Origin: a virus
Taxonomy: Duplodnaviria > Caudoviricetes
DNA: 30,837 bases
Direction: 5' to 3' (one strand)
Virus record (IMG/VR): IMGVR_UViG_3300011335_000724
Location: 1-30,837 of that record
Under the pieces are notes generated by a model. That model ran no database searches. It worked only from the letters and a program-made list of their open reading frames with translations, and was not told where the DNA came from. This document shows, one piece after another, positions 14,915-22,895 of this stretch; position 1 is the first letter of the stretch; every line of letters starts with the position of its first letter. The position numbers and the translations under genes are program-made.

Positions 14915-16496
14915 TCCATGCCCCAAGTGCGGCAGCAAGGACAACCTTGCCGTATATGACGATGGCCATAGCCATTGTTTTGGTTGCGGCCACACTGTTC
15001 GTGCGAATGACGGCAAAACCCCACCACCACCAGAGATCTTGCCACCTGTGACTACGCCCTTATTGCCGTTCATAACGGTTAAAGCTTTAAAGACGCGAGG
15101 CATTACCAAAGAAACAGCCGCTTTCTTTAATTACGGATACAGCGAATTTCGAAACCAACAGGTGCAGGTATCTGAGTTTCGTAATCAGCAAGGACAGGTA
15201 GTAGCTCAACACATCCGGGATAAAGACAAGCGCTTTGCTTGGGTGGGTGACACCAGTTCTATGCAGCTATGGGGCCAACACCTATGGCGGCAAGGCATGG
15301 GTCGCGGCGGCTTGTTTGTAGTGGTAACAGAAGGCGAGATTGATGCGATGAGCGTCAGTCAGGTGCAAGGCAACAAGTACCCAGTGGTGTCTTTACCTAA
15401 CGGGGCACAGTCAGCCAAGAAATATTTGGCCGCTAACCAGCAATGGCTTAGCCAGTTCGATCGGATTATCTTGTGTTTTGACAGCGATGAACCTGGCCAG
15501 AAAGCAGCGACTGAAGCCTTGGCAGTATTGCCTTTAGGTAAAGCTGCCATCTGCCATCTGCCTCGCAAAGATGCCAACGAAATGTTGGTCAATGGTGAAG
15601 GTGATCTGTTGCGAGATCTGTTATGGAAGGCAACGCCTTCAAGACCTGACGGGATTGTTAATGCCGCTGAGCAATGGGATGAATTAATCAAGCCGCAAGC
15701 TGGAGCGGTGTGTGCTTATCTCTGGCCTGAGTTAAATCGTATGACACGCGGCTTTAGAAAAGGAGAGATGCTTACTCTGTGTGCCGGTAGTGGGATTGGC
15801 AAGTCTTCTATTTGCAGGGAATGGGCGCATCACTTCTTAGCTAACGGTATGCGGGTGGGGTACATCGCCTTGGAAGAATCGTTAAAGCGTTCCATGCAAG
15901 GGATCATTGGGATTGAATTAAACAAACCAATACACCTAGACCCTGGTCTAGTTACACAGGAAGAAATGAAGGCAGGCTTTGACAAAGTGTTTGGCACTGG
16001 CCGTTGTTTTCTTTACGACCACTTCGGTTCAATGGACCCTGAACATTTGATTAATAAAATTAGGTACCTAGCTGATGTAGAAGGTGCTGACGTTTGCTTC
16101 CTTGATCACCTAACTATTGTCATTAGTGGATTGGCGGAAGTAGACGAGCGGCGGGCTATTGATTTGACATGCACCAAGTTGCGGCAAGTGGTTGAACAAA
16201 CAGGGATCGGGCTTGTGTTGGTGTCACACCTTAAGCGCCCAGAAGGCCGTAACCATGAAGAAGGTGGGCAAACATCACTGTCTCACTTACGTGGCAGCCA
16301 TGCCATTGCACAGCTGTCAGACATGGTTATTGGGGCTGAACGCAACCAGCAAGGAGACACTTGCCAACGCAATGAATTGCAACTGCGGGTACTAAAGAAC
16401 CGCTTTAGCGGGGAGACAGGTACGTGTGACAAGCTGTTGTATGACATGACTACAGGCCGGCTGACCGTACCAATGAGTCAGTACTTTGGCCTTTAA
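14892..16496 (+). CDS. gp4: DNA primase/helicase (T7 gp4-like)
   Basis: Zn finger CPKCGS.D...YDDGH.HCFGC, TOPRIM TEGEIDAMS and FDSD..G, Walker A AGSGIGKS, LDHL, VSHLKR, LRGS..IAQLSD, KNRFSG. Confidence 0.97.
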   Translation: MSKCIRHDPCPKCGSKDNLAVYDDGHSHCFGCGHTVRANDGKTPPPPEILPPVTTPLLPFITVKALKTRGITKETAAFFNYGYSEFRNQQVQVSEFRNQQGQVVAQHIRDKDKRFAWVGDTSSMQLWGQHLWRQGMGRGGLFVVVTEGEIDAMSVSQVQGNKYPVVSLPNGAQSAKKYLAANQQWLSQFDRIILCFDSDEPGQKAATEALAVLPLGKAAICHLPRKDANEMLVNGEGDLLRDLLWKATPSRPDGIVNAAEQWDELIKPQAGAVCAYLWPELNRMTRGFRKGEMLTLCAGSGIGKSSICREWAHHFLANGMRVGYIALEESLKRSMQGIIGIELNKPIHLDPGLVTQEEMKAGFDKVFGTGRCFLYDHFGSMDPEHLINKIRYLADVEGADVCFLDHLTIVISGLAEVDERRAIDLTCTKLRQVVEQTGIGLVLVSHLKRPEGRNHEEGGQTSLSHLRGSHAIAQLSDMVIGAERNQQGDTCQRNELQLRVLKNRFSGETGTCDKLLYDMTTGRLTVPMSQYFGL

Positions 16497-16514
16497 CCCA
16501 CCACACACACCATT

Positions 16515-16757
16515 ATGAAATGCCCTTCTTGCGGTGACGAACCAGGCGTTCGCGCCCGCCATACCCGCACTGATTCAAACAACACTGTTATTAGACGCAG
16601 GCATTGCACTGCCTGTGATCACCGTTGGTACACAGCCGAAGTGCCCATACCGGCTGAAGCCGTAATGCATGGATTCACTGAAGGTAAAACCCGTTCTACG
16701 TTTGAGCTAAAAGGTTCTGTTCTTTATTCAGGAGATTGCTATGACACTTTTGATTGA
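16515..16757 (+). CDS. NrdR-N-like zinc-ribbon protein
   Basis: MKCPSCG...TR......IRRRHCTACDHRWYTAE matches the NrdR N-terminal Zn ribbon; no ATP-cone domain. Confidence 0.7.
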   Translation: MKCPSCGDEPGVRARHTRTDSNNTVIRRRHCTACDHRWYTAEVPIPAEAVMHGFTEGKTRSTFELKGSVLYSGDCYDTFD

Positions 16758-17499
16758 TGCCGATTGGTTGCTCTATGTGGCTTGCGCTGCTTCTGAGCAA
16801 GACATTAGATGGACAGAAGATGTGCACACCCTGCACTCTGAACCCCTTGCGGTGCAAGCATTTATTCAAGGCAAAATTAATCAATGGAAAAAACTAACAG
16901 GCCATAGTGATTTGGTTATGTGCTTGTCAGATTATCCAGGGTTTCGTTCTACCTTGTTCCCGGAATACAAGCAAAACCGTTTTGGCCGGCGCAAACCGCT
17001 TGCGCTTGCAGCTTCAAGGAAAGCTTTAATAAAGGCTTACCCAAACAAGGTGATACCAAACCTAGAAGGTGACGACGTTATGGGTTTGCTTATGACAGAC
17101 GGTACTATTAACGACCCGGTAATGGTGGCAGTTGATAAAGACATGCGCACCATTCCAGGCAAGCTATTGGTTAACAACGAACTTGTGTGCACAACAGAGG
17201 CGGAAGCCAATTTTAATTGGATGAAGCAAACTTTGACTGGCGATAGCACCGACAATTACCCAGGCATTAAGGGTTGCGGTCCTAAAACTGCAGCAAAATT
17301 ATTAGAAGGCACCAAAGACTTAGCCCAGATGTGGGCAGCAGTGCTGCGTGCATACGCAAAAGCGGGGCTTGAATCTAATAAAGCGATTCTTAACGCAAGG
17401 CTTGCTCGCATCCTGCGCAATGGAGACTACAACTACGCAGACAACGCTGTGCGATTATGGGAGCCGAACACGGATAAGGAGATCCAATCGCATGGATGA
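16741..17499 (+). CDS. gp6: 5'-3' exonuclease (T7 gp6-like)
   Basis: LLIDAD, FR....PEYK.NR..RKP, LEGDDVMG, DKD..TIPG, QTLTGDSTDNYPGIKG.G.K.A, ARLARIL. Confidence 0.95.
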   Translation: MTLLIDADWLLYVACAASEQDIRWTEDVHTLHSEPLAVQAFIQGKINQWKKLTGHSDLVMCLSDYPGFRSTLFPEYKQNRFGRRKPLALAASRKALIKAYPNKVIPNLEGDDVMGLLMTDGTINDPVMVAVDKDMRTIPGKLLVNNELVCTTEAEANFNWMKQTLTGDSTDNYPGIKGCGPKTAAKLLEGTKDLAQMWAAVLRAYAKAGLESNKAILNARLARILRNGDYNYADNAVRLWEPNTDKEIQSHG

Positions 17500-17677
17500 T
17501 CAACTCTGGCCAGCAATTGACGAAGCGTTAATTACAATGCTTGACCGTTTAATCCCAGAACGAAGCCCAGGCATGAGTGACACTGACCGGGAAATTTGGT
17601 TTAAAGTTGGGCAACGCCAGGTTGTGCGCATGTTGCGGGCAATCTACGATGAACAGCAACAAGACATCGCGAGTTAA
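17492..17677 (+). CDS. Conserved small podovirus protein, 61 aa (MDDQLWPAIDEAL...)
   Basis: ATG 17492 after AAGGAG; L...PERSP...DREIWFKVGQRQVV..L motif common upstream of portal genes. Confidence 0.75.
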   Translation: MDDQLWPAIDEALITMLDRLIPERSPGMSDTDREIWFKVGQRQVVRMLRAIYDEQQQDIAS

Positions 17678-17680
17678 CTC

Positions 17681-18349
17681 ATGTGTTTCGGTGGCGCAGC
17701 TCCAAAGCCAAATAAAGAAGCGATGCTCTATGAGCAAGCAGCCGCGAACATGCGTCGCAATAATGAAATTGTTGTACAAAGACAGCAAGAAGAAGCAGCG
17801 TTAGCACAACGAGCCGCTCAAGAGGCACAAGTAGCGCAGCAACAAGAAGCTTATAGGGCGGACCAAAACCGCATATTGGCAGAGGCCGCAGCGCAACGGG
17901 ACCAACAAGCCCAAGCGATAGCAGCGCAACAAGCGCAAATACAGCAGCAACAATCTGATTACATGGCTATGCAGCAAAAGCAATACGAACAGCAGCAGGC
18001 GTACCAAACGCAACAAAGCGTTGAAAGGCAAGCTACTCAAAGTGCTTACCAACAGCAAATGACGGACTTGGTAAGACAAACGCAAGAAAGTTCAAGTCGG
18101 CAACAACAAGAAGCAATGGCAGAGCAGCAAGCTCGATACAAAGAGCAACTACAAATACAAAACGCTCCGCCACCACCACCACCTGCCCCAGTTGCAAGCT
18201 CAACCGCCTCAGCTTTAACCGCACCCAACGCAGCCCAGCGAACCGGCGTCGGAACAAGCGCAGCTAAAACACGCCAAGGATTTGGTCGCAGAAAGCTGCG
18301 CATTGATAGGGCCGGCGGAGTTGGTGGTTTATCTATCCCTGCCGCCTAA
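17681..18349 (+). CDS. Virion assembly/ejection-associated protein (gp6.7/7.3 position) with a long Gln/Ala helix
   Basis: MCFGG start, ~150-aa Q/A-rich segment, poly-Pro, C-terminal GRRKLRI...GGLSIP; directly before the portal gene. Confidence 0.75.
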   Translation: MCFGGAAPKPNKEAMLYEQAAANMRRNNEIVVQRQQEEAALAQRAAQEAQVAQQQEAYRADQNRILAEAAAQRDQQAQAIAAQQAQIQQQQSDYMAMQQKQYEQQQAYQTQQSVERQATQSAYQQQMTDLVRQTQESSSRQQQEAMAEQQARYKEQLQIQNAPPPPPPAPVASSTASALTAPNAAQRTGVGTSAAKTRQGFGRRKLRIDRAGGVGGLSIPAA

Positions 18350-20121
18350 TGAACTTAAAACTAACCAGCAACGTAGATCGGCAATCGCATACGGCTGCTG
18401 AAATGAAGGACGATGAAGGCGGAATAACCGCAGCTGCTGGATACCAGCGGTTGGTCTCTATGCGTGATGTGTACTTGCAACGGGCAAGGGATTGCAGCAA
18501 GGTAACCATCCCTACCTTGATACCTGACTCAGGCGAAAAAGATCGCGGCAGTCTTAAGACCCCGTACCAATCGCTTGGGGCAAGAGGCGTTAATTACTTG
18601 GCTAGTAAGTTACTGATTACTCTGTTCCCACCTAATGCTGCGTTTTTTAAGCTGGAGATTGACGATCTTGTCCTACGCTCTACAGAAAATGGGCCACAAA
18701 TTAAGGCAGAATTTGATAGTGCGTTAGTCAATGTAGAGCACGCAATCATGTCAGCGATGGAGACGGCCAATGGCCGGGCATCTATGCATGAAGCATTTAA
18801 ACATTTATTGGTTGGCGGCAACGTGCTGCTATACGTAGCGGAAGATGGCTTTCGCGTAATACACCTCAACCGTTATGCGTTAAGCCGTGACCCAATGGGG
18901 AACGTCAGTGAGATTGTAGTAGAAGAAGAAGTTTACCCTGAAGTATTGCCTGAAGGGTTTTTAGACGAAGTAAAAAGTCAGGACGATTCTGACAAGGAAG
19001 GGTACGCAACTCAAAAAACTTGCAAACTTTATACGCACGTTGAATACGAAGAAGGCAAGGTGCATTGGTATCAGGAAGCTTATGGCAAGGAGATCCCTGA
19101 TACTCACGGCATGTGTGACGCAGACGTATCACCATGGATACCACTGCGGTTTAACCGTGTAGACGGGGAAGAATACGGCCGTGGTTACGTTGAAGAATAT
19201 TACGGCGATTTGTTGGCTCTTGAATCGTTATACCAAGCAGTGCTTGAAGGTAGCGCAGCCGCGGCCAAGATTTTATTTCTTGTAAACCCTAACGGCACTA
19301 CGCGGCCACGGACCTTAGCTAATGCCCCTAACGGTGCAATCATTCAAGGTAATGCTGCTGACGTAACTGTTATCCAAAGTGAAAAAGCGCAAGACTTATC
19401 TATTGCGACCAGCATTATTGAGCGGATAGAAGGCCGTCTGCAGTTTGCGTTCCTCCTTAACACTGCCATCCAACGGCCAGGTGAACGGGTAACAGCGCAA
19501 GAGATCAGGTACATGAGCCAAGAGTTAGAAGCTGGTATTGGTGGCTTGTATTCAATCCTGACCCAAGAGTTGCAACTGCCGTTAGTGCGTCGCTTAATGC
19601 ACGTCATGCGCAAACAACGCAAGCTACCGGCTTTCCCCAAAGGCGAAGGAGGTAAAGCTTTAGTTAACCCTAAACCTGTTACCGGCCTTGAAGCCATTGG
19701 GCGTGGTGACGACAGAAACAAATTGGTAGACTTCTTAACTACTATTGGCCAAGCATTAGGTCCAGAAGTATTGCAGAAGTACATTAATGTAGACGAAGCG
19801 TTGAGGCGTTTAGCCAACAGTGAATCTATCGACACTACCAATTTGGTTAAGACGAAAGATCAACTTGAAAGCGAAGCCGCAGCGGCTAATGAACAGATGC
19901 AACAGCAACAGCAGATGAACACTTTGAGCCAAGGCTTGAAGTCTTCTGCATTAGGCAACTTAGTCAAAAACTACACACAAGATGGAGCACCTTATGGCCC
20001 GCAGTTCAGTGAGCAAGGAGTCCCTAACCGACTCCCCGACATCGCAAGCCAGCAACAATTACCAGGAGGTGTCCCTCCTGGCCAAGAACTTCCCGGTGGA
20101 ACCCCACCCCCCCTCGGATGA
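18349..20121 (+). CDS. gp8: Head-to-tail connector (portal, T7 gp8-like)
   Basis: TPYQSLGARGVN.LASKL...LFPP...FF, PWIPLR....GE.YGRG.VEEY.GDL..LE, R..ERVTA.EIR...ELE..GG.YS, TGLEAIGRG.D. Confidence 0.97.
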   Translation: MNLKLTSNVDRQSHTAAEMKDDEGGITAAAGYQRLVSMRDVYLQRARDCSKVTIPTLIPDSGEKDRGSLKTPYQSLGARGVNYLASKLLITLFPPNAAFFKLEIDDLVLRSTENGPQIKAEFDSALVNVEHAIMSAMETANGRASMHEAFKHLLVGGNVLLYVAEDGFRVIHLNRYALSRDPMGNVSEIVVEEEVYPEVLPEGFLDEVKSQDDSDKEGYATQKTCKLYTHVEYEEGKVHWYQEAYGKEIPDTHGMCDADVSPWIPLRFNRVDGEEYGRGYVEEYYGDLLALESLYQAVLEGSAAAAKILFLVNPNGTTRPRTLANAPNGAIIQGNAADVTVIQSEKAQDLSIATSIIERIEGRLQFAFLLNTAIQRPGERVTAQEIRYMSQELEAGIGGLYSILTQELQLPLVRRLMHVMRKQRKLPAFPKGEGGKALVNPKPVTGLEAIGRGDDRNKLVDFLTTIGQALGPEVLQKYINVDEALRRLANSESIDTTNLVKTKDQLESEAAAANEQMQQQQQMNTLSQGLKSSALGNLVKNYTQDGAPYGPQFSEQGVPNRLPDIASQQQLPGGVPPGQELPGGTPPPLG

Positions 20122-20230
20122 GATCGTAATTACTGAAGCTAACCCTGCTTTTGTAAGGGCCCCTTGGGTCGCGCCTTTACCTGCACCTGTTGTCACTTAC
20201 GACAACCCCCAACAAATCACCATTAACTAA
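19994..20230 (+). CDS. Hypothetical 78-aa protein overlapping the portal C-terminal tail
   Basis: ATG 19994 preceded by GGAG; fills the 20122-20247 gap. Confidence 0.45.
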   Translation: MARSSVSKESLTDSPTSQASNNYQEVSLLAKNFPVEPHPPSDEIVITEANPAFVRAPWVAPLPAPVVTYDNPQQITIN

Positions 20231-20247
20231 CCATCGCTACCACCACC

Positions 20248-21075
20248 ATGCCTGAACCCGTAACGATTAAAACGGAAGAGTCCCCAGCTCTATCAGCTGA
20301 CAACATAGCTTTCCTTGAAGCAGACCAGCAAGAAGATACCGGCGAAGAGGAGAGCCTTCTCGCTGGCAAGTACAAATCTGTTGACGAATTAGAGAAAGCG
20401 TACAAGGAGCTGCAGTCTCAATTCAGCAAAAACCGCAACGAACAAAACGTAGAAGAGCCCAGTGATACAGAAGAAGCTGAGCCAGAAGGCGAAGCACAAC
20501 CTGATAAACGTGGAGCAAAAGAGATCTATGGCGATCTAATTGGCAGCAGGTTGGAAGAAGCGGAGATTGATTTCTCTGACATGAATAGCCGCTGGCAGGA
20601 GTCAGGGGAGCTAGCCAAGGAAGATTATGCGCAGCTAAATGAAGCTGGTTTCTCAACCGAAATGGTTGATGCTTACCTGGCTGGCTTGAATTACAAGGCT
20701 GCTGCTGATTCTCAAATGAATATGCAGCAAGTCAATGATGTAAAGGCTGTTGTTGGTGGAGAGAAAGAGTACAACGCGATGGTTGAATGGGCTGCCACCA
20801 ACCTAAGCAAAGACGAAATTGACGCTTACGACAACATTGTTAACACCCAACCGCTGTCAGCAATTAAGCTTGCTGTCGCTGGCATCTACGCCAGATATAC
20901 TGGCTCGGCTGGTCGTGAGCCCAGACTGTACGGCGGCCGTAAACCTAGTACTGATGGGGATGTATACGAGTCAACAGCACAAGTTGTTGAGGCAATGGGC
21001 GATCCTAAATACAAGTCAGACCCTGCATTTAGGAAGAAAGTACAAGCCAAACTAAGCAGATCTAACGTCTTTTAA
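20248..21075 (+). CDS. gp9: Capsid assembly scaffolding protein (T7 gp9-like)
   Basis: LAGKYKS..ELEKAY.EL, VGGE..Y..M.EWA..NL, YES..Q...AM.DPKY..DPAFR..V..KL..S. Confidence 0.95.
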   Translation: MPEPVTIKTEESPALSADNIAFLEADQQEDTGEEESLLAGKYKSVDELEKAYKELQSQFSKNRNEQNVEEPSDTEEAEPEGEAQPDKRGAKEIYGDLIGSRLEEAEIDFSDMNSRWQESGELAKEDYAQLNEAGFSTEMVDAYLAGLNYKAAADSQMNMQQVNDVKAVVGGEKEYNAMVEWAATNLSKDEIDAYDNIVNTQPLSAIKLAVAGIYARYTGSAGREPRLYGGRKPSTDGDVYESTAQVVEAMGDPKYKSDPAFRKKVQAKLSRSNVF

Positions 21076-21080
21076 TTTAT

Positions 21081-21108
21081 GGCCCTGGGTTACCAGGGCC
21101 TTTCTTTT
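21081..21108 (+). terminator. Rho-independent terminator after the scaffold gene
   Basis: GGCCCTGG-GTTA-CCAGGGCC followed by TTTCTTTT. Confidence 0.8.
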
Positions 21109-21230
21109 GCACTATAGTTTGCGCACCTAGACCCACTCACTGATACGACGGCCCGTTGCGACGGACACCCCCAGTGGATGAGGAGTTCAAGGTCGGGGAA
21201 ACCTAACCCAACAACTCTTGGAAAAAAACA

Positions 21231-22214
21231 ATGGCTGCACCAAATTTTGACGCAACACGCTTAGGTCTAGTTAATAACGCTGGCGGCGGCAGTTTTGCTG
21301 GCGACAACGCTATGTTCCTGAAAGTCTGGGCTGGTGAAGTCCTGACTGCCTTCCGTAAGTCCACAGTATTTGAAGCCCTCCACAAAGTTCGCACTATTAG
21401 CTCTGGCAAAACTGCACAGTTCCCCATTATTGGTTTGAACTCTGCCAGTTACCACACACCTGGCAACCAAATCATTGGCAACCAACAGAAAGTTGCTGAA
21501 GCCACCGTCAACATTGACGACAAGCTGATCAGCTCTGTGTTCCTGCCTGACATTGATGAAGCTAAGAACCACTATGACGTGCGTTCTCAGTTCTCAGCTG
21601 AGATGGGTAATGCACTTGCTTACACCTACGACAAAAACGTAGCTGCTGTAATTGCTAAAGCCGCACGTACCGCCACCAACTTCAACACTGATCTCCCCGG
21701 CGGCACCCGGATCAAGATTGTTGCTACTTCTAAAGCTGCAATCACTGGCGCCCAACTGGCTACTGCATTATTTGCAGCAGCACAGAAGATGGATGAGAAC
21801 AACTTGCCTGAAGGTGAGCGTTACTGTTGTCTAGCCCCAGCTGAGTACTACAAGTTAGTACAAGAGACCACTGTTATTAACCGCGATTGGGGCGGCCAAG
21901 GCGCTTATGCCGACGGCACCGTTCTTAAGGTGGCTGGCATTGACATTATCAAGTCCAACCATTTGCCTACCACTAACCGCAGTGCAGCAAGTGGTGAGAA
22001 CAACGCATACGATGCTGACTACACCAAGTCAGTAGCGTTGGTATGGAACCCTATGTGCGCAGGCACCGTTAAGTTGATGGATCTGAAGATGGAAACCACT
22101 GGTGGTGACGTTCATGCCTTATGGCAAGGTACGTTCATGGTTGCTTCCATGGCATTAGGCACCGGGATCTTGCGTCCTGATTGCGCTATTGAAATCCACA
22201 CAGATGTAAGCTGA
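21231..22214 (+). CDS. gp10: Major capsid protein (T7 gp10-like)
   Basis: A.FLKVW.GEVLTAF, RTI.SGK.AQFP..G, Y.TPG, IDE..NHYDVRS..S.EMG.ALA..YD, SNHLP, G.G.LRP.CA. Confidence 0.97.
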   Translation: MAAPNFDATRLGLVNNAGGGSFAGDNAMFLKVWAGEVLTAFRKSTVFEALHKVRTISSGKTAQFPIIGLNSASYHTPGNQIIGNQQKVAEATVNIDDKLISSVFLPDIDEAKNHYDVRSQFSAEMGNALAYTYDKNVAAVIAKAARTATNFNTDLPGGTRIKIVATSKAAITGAQLATALFAAAQKMDENNLPEGERYCCLAPAEYYKLVQETTVINRDWGGQGAYADGTVLKVAGIDIIKSNHLPTTNRSAASGENNAYDADYTKSVALVWNPMCAGTVKLMDLKMETTGGDVHALWQGTFMVASMALGTGILRPDCAIEIHTDVS

Positions 22215-22240
22215 CACCTAATCAATCAAACTTACGGCAC

Positions 22241-22270
22241 AATGGGGGCATTACAGCTCCCATTTTTTTT
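22241..22270 (+). terminator. T-phi-like terminator after the capsid gene
   Basis: ATGGGGGC-ATTACA-GCTCCCAT followed by a T run. Confidence 0.85.
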
Positions 22271-22281
22271 AGAGGTACTCC

Positions 22282-22893
22282 ATGGCATTAGCTAGGTCTA
22301 GCTTTTTAGAAGCCGTCAACCGGGTGCTGCAAATGATGGGGGAAGCCCCAGTCAATAGCCTTAACGGCCAATACGGGTTGGCCCTGCAAGCTCAAGACAC
22401 GTTGAACGATGTAAGCCGCAGGTTGCAATCAGAAGGATGGTCATTTAATACTGACAGGGAGAAATTACTGCAACGTAATGTAACGACAAATCAAATTGCT
22501 CTGGGCCCTAACGTTAGCCGAGTTGTAATTGATAGATTGCGTTACCCCCAAATTGACGTTGCTCAACGTGGAGGGACCCTATACGACAGGCATAACAATA
22601 CCTATGCGTTTACCGAAGATTTATACGCTGACATCACATTTATCCTGGAATGGGAAGAGTTGCCAGAGTACGCAAGACAATACATAACTGCTAAGGCTGG
22701 CCGTCAATTGCAGGAAGCAATCCTTGGCAGTGCTGATCTGAGCAGGATAAACCTAACTGTTGAAGCGGAAGCGAAAGCGTTATTTCTAGACGAAGAAACT
22801 GTCGTGAATGACCACAGTATGCTTAGTGGTAATCCCAACCACAGTGGAGTCATAATGACGTATATGCCTGCAGCCGCCCTTCGCCGTCAGTAA
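22282..22893 (+). CDS. gp11: Tail tubular protein A (T7 gp11-like)
   Basis: LEAVN..L...GEAPVNSL, VSR..QSEGWSFN, RG..LYD, LPE.AR.YI..KA.R. Confidence 0.95.
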   Translation: MALARSSFLEAVNRVLQMMGEAPVNSLNGQYGLALQAQDTLNDVSRRLQSEGWSFNTDREKLLQRNVTTNQIALGPNVSRVVIDRLRYPQIDVAQRGGTLYDRHNNTYAFTEDLYADITFILEWEELPEYARQYITAKAGRQLQEAILGSADLSRINLTVEAEAKALFLDEETVVNDHSMLSGNPNHSGVIMTYMPAAALRRQ

Positions 22894-22895
22894 TC

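Noticed and set aside
22190-22281. T7 10A/10B-type capsid frameshift
   Set aside because: No slippery site seen near the stop, and only 67 nt containing a terminator before gp11
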